From assembly GCF_004010195.1 (NCBI RefSeq), contig NC_057718.1:91677337-91741336 (forward strand): a stretch of DNA of 64,000 bases. Reading direction: 5' to 3'. The stretch is from Chiloscyllium plagiosum (lineage: Eukaryota). This document shows, in pieces, positions 39,165 through 49,897 of this stretch. Each line of letters begins with the position of its first letter. Position 1 is the first letter of the stretch. The notes under the pieces are model-generated. The model was given only the letters and a program-made list of their open reading frames with translations, was not told the origin of the DNA and ran no database searches. The position numbers and the translations under genes are program-made.

Positions 39165-41178
39165 AATGGGGTTGCAAATTGCAGAGGATGGGGACAATTG
39201 AAATGTGGAGCTGGTTTAAGGAACAGATATTGCATGTCCTTGATAGGTATATCCCTGTCAGGCAGGCAGGAAGTGATAAAATGAGGGAACCGTGGCTTAC
39301 TACAAAAATTGCATCTCTTGTTAAGTGGAAGGAAGAGGCTTATGTGACAATGAGACGAAATCGTTCAGATGAGGCGATGGAGAGTTACAGATTAACTAGG
39401 AAGTATTTAAAGAGAGAGAGTTAAGAAGAGCAAAGAGAAGACATGAGCAGTCTTTAGCAGGTAGAATAAAGGAGAACCCTAAAGCCTTCTATAGGTATGT
39501 GAGGAATAAAAGGATGACTAGGGTAGGAATAGGGCCAGTCAAAGACAAAAGTGGGAAGTTATGTGTGGACCCTGTGGAGATTGGAGAGGTGCTAAAGTAA
39601 TATCTCTCAATGGGTTTTACTCAGGAAGAGGAGAATATTGTCGAGGAGAAGAACGAGATATGAGATATTAGACAAGAAAGGATCGAGGTAAGTAAAAAAG
39701 AGGTGTTATCAATTCTAGAAGGAGTGAAAGTAGACAAGTCCACTGGACTTTATCCGAGGATTCTCTGGGACGCTAGGGAGGTGGTGTTGGAACTTTTAGC
39801 CTTGATCTTTGAGTCATCATTGTCTACAGGTTTAGTACCAGAGGACTGGAGGATTGCAAATGTTGTGCCCGTATTCAAGAAGGGCAGTAGAGATGATCCA
39901 GGTAATTATAGATCAGTGAGCCTTACATCCATTGTAGGAAAAGTTTTGGAAAAGATTATAAGAGATAAGATTCATAATCATCTAGCAAGCAACAATTTGA
40001 TTGCAGATAGTCAACATGGTTTCGTCAAGGGCAGGTCATGTCCCACAAACCTTTTTTTGAGAAGGTGACCAAGTATGTGGATGAGGGTAGGGCAGTTGAC
40101 GTGTATACATGGACTTCAGTAAAGCCTTTGATAAGGTTCCACATGGTAGGCTGTTTGAGAAAATGCAAAGGCATGGAATTGAGGGTGATTTAGCAGTTTG
40201 GATTAGAAACTGGCTTTCTGTAATAAGGCAGCAAGTGGTGGTTGATGGAAAATATTCAGCTTGGAGTCTGGTTACTAGGGAGTGCCACAAGGATCACTGC
40301 TGTTTGTCATTTTTATAAATGACTTGGATGCAGGCATAGGTGGATGGGTTACTAAGTTTGCAGATGACACTAAAGTCGGTGGAGTCGTGGACAGTGTGGA
40401 AAAATGTTGCAAGTTGCAGGGGGATTTGGATAAACTGCAGAATTGGGCTGAGGGGTGGCAAATGGAGTTCAATGCAGCTAAATGTGAGGTGATTCACTTT
40501 GGGAAGAATAACAAGGAGGCAGAAAACTGGGTCAATGGAAAGATTCTTGGTAGTGTGGACGTGCAGAGTCCATTTACATAGATCCCTGAAAGTTGCCACC
40601 TAGGTTAATATTGCTGTTAAGAAGGCAAACGGTGTGTTAGGTTTTATTAGTAGGGGGATCGAGTTCCAGAGCCATAATGTCATGCTGCAACTAAACAAAA
40701 CGCCAGTGTGGCTGTACTTCGAATATTATGTACAGTTCTGGAAGCATTGGAAAAGGTGCAGAGGCAATATACCAGAATGTTGCCTGGTCTGGAGGGAAGG
40801 TCTGGAGGAAAGGCTGAGAGACTTGGGTCTGTTCTCCTTGGAAAGAAGGCGGCCAAGAGGGGATTTGATAGAGACATACGAGATGATCAGAGGATTAGAT
40901 AGGGTAGACAGTGAAAGTCTTTTTCCTAGGATAATGACATCAGCTTGTACGAGGGGGCATATCTACAAATTGAAGGGTGATAGATTTTTGACAGATGATA
41001 GAGGCAGGTTCTTTACTCACAGTGGTAAGGGTGTGGAATGCCCTGCCTGCCAATGTCGTTAACTCATCCACATTAGGGAGATTTAAACAATCCTTGGATA
41101 AGCACATGGATGATGATGGGCGAGTGCAACATCGAGGGGCGAAGGGTCTGTTCTGCGCTGTATTGTTCTATGTTCTAA
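39165..41178 (+). mobile_element. CR1 LINE ORF2, 5'-truncated and frameshifted
   Basis: VPEDWRIANVVPVFKKG, MDFSKAFDKVPH, KFADDTKVGG; ttctatgttcta tail. Confidence 0.93.
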
Positions 41179-42634
41179 AAAATAAAAGGACATGGCGGCT
41201 TTGCAGGGCAGCTATTTAAGTAATGATATCAAGAATGGGAATGGTAGGGACAGGATATATCAACAGAAAAACAGCAACAATTACGGTCAAAGGTGGCAAG
41301 AAATTGTAAATGGCAAATCAACAGCTTTTTACTTAAAATATGCACAGCATTTAGAAAAAATGCACTGTTGGGAGTCGTCTCTAGACCCCCTAACAGTACA
41401 TAGAGTGTATGACAAAGAATAAATCATGAGATGATGACAACATGTAAAACTAACTGTATATTAATCTTGGTAACTTTAATCTGTGCATTGACTGGGAACA
41501 CCAAATTAACGGAGGTGGCCATGAGGAAGAATTCACAGAATGTATTCAGGACAGTGCCTTGGATCAAAATGTTGTGGATCCAAATAGGGATCTGGTGATG
41601 TGTAATGACCCAGGTTTAATAAATGATCTCAGGGTAAAATATTCCCGAGGAAGCAGTGAACACAACATGGCACAACTTAACATTCAGTTGAGGGGAAGGA
41701 ACTCTGGTTGTAAACAATTATGTTAAACTTAAAAAGGATAAATAACAAAGGAATATGGGTAGAATTGACTGGAACAGACAGTGAATGGAGTTTAGCAGAG
41801 AAGACAACAGTACACAATTAAATATATACTATACTTCAAAATTTATTCTAAAAGTATATCCCAGTGAGGAAATAGAATTCGTGGAAAGGAACAGACCAAC
41901 TATGTTGACAAAGGAAGTTAAGAATAGTGAATAATCGAAAGAAAAAAAAACACTCAACGTGGGTCCCTATAACTGCCTTAACTGCAGTCACATCCTCCTG
42001 TCCCTGAACATAAACCAAGTTTGAATTACCTAATCCGAGGGGTCAGAGAACCTTTTATAGCATCGTGTCCAGTTAACTAACTCCATTTTGATATGGCACA
42101 ATATCTAACTCCAGCTCTTCAACTCAGCCCCAAAGTTGCTTGAGTTGCAAATACTTGCTATGGTTATGTTCACTTGGGAGCACCTTGGCATCTGACAGCA
42201 ACATCTCACCCAAATGGCCATCCACTCACTAACATTCCAAATCTTTACCCTGTTTTGTTGTTTTACATTCGTACTGTGCTTGTATCTAACAAAAGTATTT
42301 TTAGGGAAAAGAGAAACAAAACACTAGAGACAACTAGGAACAAAAGATCATGCTATTTTAAAAACTAGAAATATTTACTAATTTTGCTTCCTCATAAAGA
42401 TTAATAAATTGGTTAAGCAAAATATATTTTTGACCAAAACGTGTTAACTCAGCATGATTACCTCAAACTTTAATAGGTTTCATCTGACAGTTGGTAAGCT
42501 AATTAGCCGGTCGTTTCCTGTTTTCCATTTCTCTCTCTTTTTGAATGAGAATTACACTTTCTGGTTTTGCCAAATGTAGAGAGTTTTGTAAATTTAGAAC
42601 AACACATCAACTATCTCAGCATCTAGCATTATCT

Positions 42635-43087
42635 AGGAGAAAGTGAGGACTGCAGATGTTAGGAGATTTGAGTCAAAATGTGTGGTGCTGGGAAAGCACA
42701 GCCTCTCAGGCAGCATTTGAGGAGCAGAGAGTTGACATTCCAAGCATAAGCTCTTCTTCTTCACGCACTGGAACACCGCTGATGACCACAGCCATCTATG
42801 AAGACATAGTGAACATCACATGGAACGTTACTTCTGTCCCCGCTCTCCTGCTCCTCAGATACTGCCTGATAGGCTGTGCTTTTCTAATCAGGCAGTATCT
42901 GAGGAGCAGGAGAGCGGGGACAGAAGTGAACATCACGTGGAACGTTACTATGTCTTCACCGGTGGCTGTGGTCATTGGTGGTGTTCCAGTGAGTGAAGAG
43001 GAGGAGCTTATGCTTGAAATGTCAACTCTCTGCTCCTCAAATGCTACCCGAGAGGCTGTGCTTTTCCAGTACCACACTTTTTGACTG
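42635..43087. mobile_element. Nested palindromic PLE-terminus element
   Basis: Outer arms 42671-42810 / 42947-43086, perfect 41 bp inner arms 42830-42870 / 42887-42927; termini belong to the gagaaagtgaggactgcagatg family. Confidence 0.85.
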
Positions 43088-43189
43088 ATCGAGCATCATT
43101 TGTGGAGGGGGAAAACAGAATTTACATCGAGAACAATGATCCTTTTTCAGAACTGTTTTGAAGACAGATCACTGGACTCAAAATTGAAC

Positions 43190-43565
43190 ATAGTCCAGTC
43201 CATCACACAAACCAGCCTTCCATCCATTGACTCCATCGATTCTTCCTGCTGCCTTGGGAAAGTGACCAACATAATCAAAACTCCCTCCCACTCCAGTTAT
43301 ACTCTCTTCCATTCTCGTTTGTAAATTGCACAAACAGATTTAAGAACAGTTTCTTTCCTCCTGTTATTAGACTTCTGAATGGGCCTCCCAAATTTTAAAT
43401 TTAATGTTGATCTCGCTCTTTGAACACCTTCTCTGCAGCCATAAAATTATATTCTTTGCTCTGTTCTCTTGCCCTATGTGAGATATAATCTGTCTGTACT
43501 GCATTCAAAACAAAATTTTTCACTCTACCTTGATACGTGACAATAATAAATCAAATTAAATGCAA
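43190..43565 (+). mobile_element. Rex1/Babar-like LINE 3' end, inserted in another PLE-type terminal repeat (~43100-43190 + ~43565-43660)
   Basis: IIKTPSHSSYTLF and RFKNSFFPPVIRLLN-like coding remnants; aataaatcaaattaaa tail. Confidence 0.65.
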
Positions 43566-43911
43566 ATTGTTTCCATCTCAACAGATGCTGCCAGACCTGT
43601 CGAGTTTCTCCAGGAATTTGATTTTATTCCAGATTTCCTGCATCTGCAGTTTTCTTTATGTTACATCCATGTGAATGAAGGCCATCAGATCTTGTGGATT
43701 TGTAACCTGCTGCTCTAACAATTTACTGAGTACAACTTACCTGGTCATTGAGATTTTCTTAAGTTCCACCTTCCCTTCCATTTGCTGATTTACAGTTATT
43801 TCTGAGATTTTGCTGGACTCTTGTGGAGCCACAACCATAAGACCATAAGATATAGGTCTATCAAGTCTGTTCCACAATTCGATTGTGGCTGTTATATTTC
43901 TCAAATCCATT

Positions 43912-46815
43912 AGAACATAGAAAAGTACAGCATAGAACAGGCTCTTCGACCCACGATGTTGTGCCGAGTATTATTCCTAATCTAAAATAAAATAACCTAA
44001 CTTATGCACCCCTCAATTCACTGCTGTTCATGTGCATGTCCGGCAGTCGCTCAAATGTCCCTAATGATTCTGCTTCCGCCACCACTGCTGGCAACGCATT
44101 CCACGCATTCACAACTCTCTGCATAAAGAACCTACCTCTGATGTCTCCTCTATACCTTCCTCCTAACACCTTAAAACTATGACATCTCATGACTGTCAAT
44201 CCTATCCTGGGGAAAAGTCTTTGGCTGTTGACTCTATCCATGCCTCTCATTACCTTGTATACCTCGATCAGATCACCTCTCTTCCTCCTCTCCAAAGAGG
44301 AAAGTCCGCGCTTAGTCAACCTCTCTTTGTAAGACAACCCTCCAGTCCAGGCAACAGCCTGGTAAACCTTCTTTGCATCCTCTCCAAAGCCTCCTATAAT
44401 AGAGCGACCAGAACTGGACACAATATTCCATGTGTGGTCTCACCAGGGTCTTGTACAGTTGCAGCAAAACCTCATGGCTCTTAAACCTCAGCCCCCTGTT
44501 AACAAAAGCCAAAACACCATATGCTTTCTTAACAACCCAATCAATTTAGGTGACAACTTTGAGGGTTCTGTGCACTTGAACACCAAGATCCCTCTGTTCC
44601 TCCACACTGCCAAGAATCCTTTCTTTAATCCTATATTCAGCATTTAAGTTCGACCTACCAAAATGCATCACTTCACATTTATCCAGGTTGAACTCCATCT
44701 GCCATTTCTCAGCCCAGCTCTACATCCTGTCTATGTCGTGCTGCAGCCTGCAATAGCCTTCGACACTATCAACGGCACCTTCAACATTTGTGTCATCTGC
44801 AAATTTATTAACCCACCCCTCAATCTCCTTATCCAAGGCATTTATAAAAACTACAAAGAGCAGAGGCCCAAGAACAGTTTCCTGCGGGACATCACTCAAG
44901 ACTGACCTCCAGGCAGAATACTTTCCACTACAACCTCTCTCTGCCTTTGGTTAGCCAACCAATTCTGAATCCAGATGCCAAATCTCCCTGTATCCTATAC
45001 CTCCTGACATTATGAATGAACCTACCATGGGGAACCTTATCAAATGCCTTGCTGAAGTCCATATATACCACATCCACCTTTGTCGACCTGTCTCGTCACC
45101 TCCTCAAAGAACTCAATAAGATTTGTGAGGCATGACCTGCCCCTCACAAAGTCATGCTGACTGCCTTTAATTATGCTATGCTTTTCCAAATAGTCATAAA
45201 TCCTATCCCGCAGAATTCTTTTCAAAATCTTGCTGACCACAGATGTAAGACTGACTGGTGTGCAATTACCAGGGATTTCCCTATTCCCATTCTTGAAAAT
45301 AGGAACACATTTGCCCCCCCCTCCAATCCTCTGGTACGACTCCTGTGGAGAGTGAGGAAGCCAAGATCTTCGCCAGAGGCTTAGCAACCTTTTTCTCGCT
45401 TCCCGGAGCAACCTAGGATAAATCTGGTCTGGCTTGCCAAATGTTTGCCAAAATCTCCAGCACATCAACTTCATCAATCTTGATCTGGTCAAGACTGTAC
45501 CCCAGCTCCTCAAAGCTCTCATTCATAACAAGGTCCCTTTCCGTTGTGAAAACTGAAGCAAAAAACTCAATTAGAGCTTCTCCTATCTGCTCAGACCCCA
45601 TGCACAAGTTCCCTACGATGTCCCTGATCGGCCCTACCTTCTCCCTGATCATCATCTTATTCCTCACGCATGAGAAAAGGTGAGGGTTCTCCCTTATCCT
45701 TCCTGCCAAGCCTTTTATGTGCCTCCTCCTGGCTCTCCTCAGTCCATTCCTGAGCTCCTTTCTAGTAAGCCTGTAATCCTCTAAAGCTGTGCTAGATCCT
45801 TGCTTCCTCCACCTTATGTAAGCTGCCTTCTTTCTTTTGAGAAGCTCCTCTGTTCTTGTCATCCAAGGCTCCTTAATCTTACCCCTTCTTGCCTGTCTTA
45901 GAGGAACAAATTTGTGCATCACTTGCAAAATCGCTCCTTAAACAGTCTCCACATGTCTGTTGTGCCCTTTCTGTGGAACAATTGCTCCCAATCTGTACTT
46001 CGCAATTCCTGTCTGATAGCGTCGTAATTTCCTTTTCCCCATTTAAATATCTTCCCTTGGTAAATGCTCCTTTCCCTCTCTAACACTATGGTAAATGTGA
46101 GGCAGTTGTGGTCACTGTCACCAAAGTGTTCTCCCACCATGAGATCGGACACCTGTCCTGGCTCAATGCCGAGCACCAAATCCAAAATGGCCTCTCTCCT
46201 TGTCAGCCTGTGTTTTAAAAAATTCTCAAGGTCAGGTTCGTAGGAGAGTAGTCTGACACAGAACAAACGACCAAGAGGCGAGACTGCTAGAATATGGGCA
46301 TTTTATTCCCCGCAGCGTCGCACAACGGGTCTGGCTTATACTCACTCTACATGTTACAAAAACTGGGAGCCGTCAGTTCTCGTAGAGCGGTTGCCAACAA
46401 CCCACGCTCGGCGGTTAAACGTAACCCCGGAGCAGACTCACCGAACTGGAGACTTTTCCAGCTGATATACTCCCTTCCAGATATAAACATTCATGTGAAC
46501 AGCAGAGCAAGGCTAAAAAACACATTCCATTCTGGTTACATACAGATAAGAAGATTCACACGGGACTAAGCAACACCTCCATTCCGGTTAGATTCACACA
46601 TGTATTGGGACATAATTTTTAACCGTTTCACCACATTCCACTGCTTGGAATTTTACACCACAGCCTGTCGACATACTGAGTAAGGAAACCCTCCTGAATA
46701 CACCTGACAAAACGGTTCCGCTCAAACCATTTGCATGAAGGAGGTTCCAGTCAATATCAGAAAAGTTGAAGTCAACTACAACAACCCTGCTACATCTGCA
46801 TTTTTCCAAAATCTA
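43912..46815 (-). mobile_element. Inner CR1 LINE (EN C-terminus + RT), itself split by an LTR
   Basis: ILDLVL..EPGQV, HFGDSDHN, PVSLTSVVSK, FFMQRVVNAWN; tagaacatagaa tail. Confidence 0.92.
46211..46662 (-). mobile_element. Solo LTR (452 bp), probably young
   Basis: TG...CA termini, perfect 5 bp TSD gcctg (46206-46210 / 46663-46667), minus-strand AATAAA near 46300, retains many CpGs. Confidence 0.8.
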
Positions 46816-49800
46816 CCATTCTCTTGCTTTCTCCGAATAACCTTTGATTTACCTTAATAATCAAGAATCTACCTTTGTCTTAAATACACTCAATGAATTG
46901 GCATGCACAGCGTTCAATCGTACTGAGTTCCATAGATTCACCACCTTCTGGCTGAAGAAATTCCTCTGATCTCAGTTCTAAAGGGTCTGAAATTGTGCCC
47001 TCAGGTCCTAGGTCTCTCCAGCCAGACGGAACATCGTCTTCCCCTCTATTCAGGCCTCTCAGTATTCTGCAAGTTTCAATGAGATTGCCTCCTCAGCCTT
47101 CTAACTGCATTGCGTACCAAACCAGAGTCCTTGACCACTCCTCATATTACCAGTCCTTTATGCCTGGGATCATTCTTGTAAATGTCCTCTGGACCCTGGC
47201 CAAGAGTAGAACATTTTTCCTTGAATATAAGGCCCAAAACTGCTCGTGATATTCTAAATAAGGTCTGACCAGAGCCTTAAACAGCCTCAACAATACATCC
47301 CTGGTCTTGCATTCCAGCTTTCTCAAAATGAATGCTAACATTGCATTTGCCATGTGAATTGCCAACTGAACCTGCATGTTCGTCTTAAGAGAATCCTGAA
47401 CTAGGTCTCTTAAATCCCTTTGTGCATCAGATTTCTGAAGCCTTTCCCTAGTTGGGAAATAGTCTATGTATATCCTACCAAAGTGCATAACCTCACACTT
47501 TCCCACATTGTATTCCATCTGCCATTTCTTTGCTCATTTTCATAGCCTGTTCAAGTCCTTCAGCAGCCTCAACTCCTCAATACTACCTCTCCTAGGTTGT
47601 ATCTGCAATATTAGCAAAGATGCCCTCAGGTCCTTGATCAAGATCATTAACATTTAATGTAAATAGTTGTGCTCCAACACTAATCCTTGCAGAAATCTGT
47701 TAGTCGTTAGCAGCCATCTTGAAAAATACACCTTTATACGCGCACTCTGCTTTCTGCCAGTCAGCCAATTTTCTATCCATACCAACTATTTACTTAAATG
47801 TCTATCTTTGTCTTTTCTGAACTCCATTCTGCAAATGTTACAATCAATTTTGCCCCTACACTTATGTTGTTATTATCCTTATTTAAGTTGACCATAATTG
47901 TTTCTGACCGGAGTTTCTTCCTCAAACTGAATGCTAAATTCTACCATGCTCACTGTTTCTTCAGGGATTTTTTTACCATGAGATCATTTATTAATCCTGC
48001 ATCATTACACATTACTGATCTAAAATACATATTGTTCCAAAAAACTGTCCTGAATCCATTCTATGAATTCTTCCTCGTGGCTACCTCTGCCAATCTGATG
48101 TTCCCAATCAGTGAGAAGATTAAAGTCACTAAATATGCTGTCTTCTTTAGGTTTTCCTTGTCTTCCGACACAAGATACCTGTTGAATTTATCTGTTTTCT
48201 CTTTGTTTTTCATTATTAATTCCAGACTCACTTTTTATACCACTCATTTTGTTAACTCTCTTACCTTTTGAATATATTTAGACACTCTACTTTCATTTTT
48301 CTCATTAGCTTCTCTGGATTTTTTTTTCCTCCTTATACCTTTTTAATCATTCTTTAATTTTTGAAAATATTTTGTTCAATCTTCAATTTTGCCACTCAAC
48401 TTTGCATTATCGAAGTCTGAAACATCATATACCTTTTGACATATAGGTCCAATTCACGTCGTTCTACAGCAAGGTCTCTAATGGCTAAAAATGGTGTATG
48501 TTCATTTCTTTTGCATCATCAGTTACCAATTTAATTGCTTTACGTATTCTACGCAGAGTCTTCGGTTTCGCTCTTTTGTGATGTTTGTAACCATGGTGGA
48601 TCTTCCCCTTGGAATTTCTCTTTCTTTGGAATATATATATTTACTGTGGTCTGAAATTTCCCTCAAAATAACTGCAATCCACCTCTATTGATTTATTTCT
48701 TAACCTAATTTGCCATTTACTTTAGCCAGCTCTGATTTCTTGCCCTTACAATTGTCCTTACTTAAAAGCTTACAATCTGGATATTGAACCCACTCTTCTT
48801 TCCATTAAATTGAATACAAAATTCAGTCATATTATGGTCACTGTTACCTTGGGGGGCATTCACTATTATCCTGAAACATTACAGAATAACAAGTCTCTGG
48901 CAACCTGATATCTGGTCACTCCAAAATGTGTTGTTCTAAGAAGCTATTCTAAAAACATATATGAACTTCCCATATAGGATACCTTTATCCAACTGATTTT
49001 TCTAGTCTTGATATTGATGAACATCCTGTTTGATTTTTGCCATACCTTTCTGATAAGCTGTCATAATTTCTTTGTTTTATCATATTCTACCATGTGGTTA
49101 TAGTTAGGGTTGCTGTTCACTACTTCCACAAGTGACTTCTTGCCTTTATTGTTTCTCATCTCGACCCACATCACTTTTACATCCTGCTTTTTTTGAGCTT
49201 AGGTCATCCCTTTCTGTTAGGCCATTACCATAATTAATTAACTTCCACCTTTTTCTAGTTCCTGTTATTCCACATGGTCTTGCACCCTTTGACATTTGGA
49301 TCCATCTAAGCAGCACATCTCTATAATGGCCATCAGATTGTCTATATTTATTTCTTTTGTACAACCACTTATTTGTTTGTTTTAAATACTATGTGCATTC
49401 AACTAGAATCTTCAGCGTTATCCTTTTATGAGGATGTAATGTCTACTCTAATCTGATGATTTATTCTTAGATATGTACACAATATGTCTTCCTGTCCTGG
49501 TCTGGTTATAATTACCCACAATAAAATCCCAAATAATAATCCCAGAAGGGACAGAGAGCCACAAGGTTTCCATGACTCTTCTTCTGAGACTTTACTAAAG
49601 CTTGTTTTACATTTTAAAGCTTTCAGTCTGAGCAAGTCCCAAGTTAGACTTCTGGTTGATCCAATAATTTGTTAAGGCGTGTTGCTTGACACTCCCATTG
49701 ATGAGATACGATAATACTTATTGGAAATAACACAATTGAAGATGACAGACTGAAATTGTGTTGCAAATATTCTGACAAAATTTCTCTCTATTCTCAATGC

Positions 49801-49897
49801 TCAGATACTGTCTTTTGCTCAATTCTTCAATAAACAAAGTACAGGTGTGTTCACATTTAAGAATCAACAATTTCATTCACAATGAACGCCAGTTATA

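Larger units (their letters stand above)
43835..47780 (-). mobile_element. Outer CR1 copy (43835-43911 + 46816-47780) split by a younger CR1
   Basis: 3' UTR reads continuously across ...tcaaatccatt|ctcttgctttctcc; ORF 47147-47518 is CR1 ORF2. Confidence 0.8.

Noticed and set aside
42811..42946. Direct repeats as a CRISPR-like array or recombinase sites
   Set aside because: Only two copies, eukaryotic context, and no associated enzyme gene.
42656..43084. Mirror ORFs on both strands with similar peptides (also 28389-28982)
   Set aside because: A by-product of the inverted repeats; no evidence of a protein.
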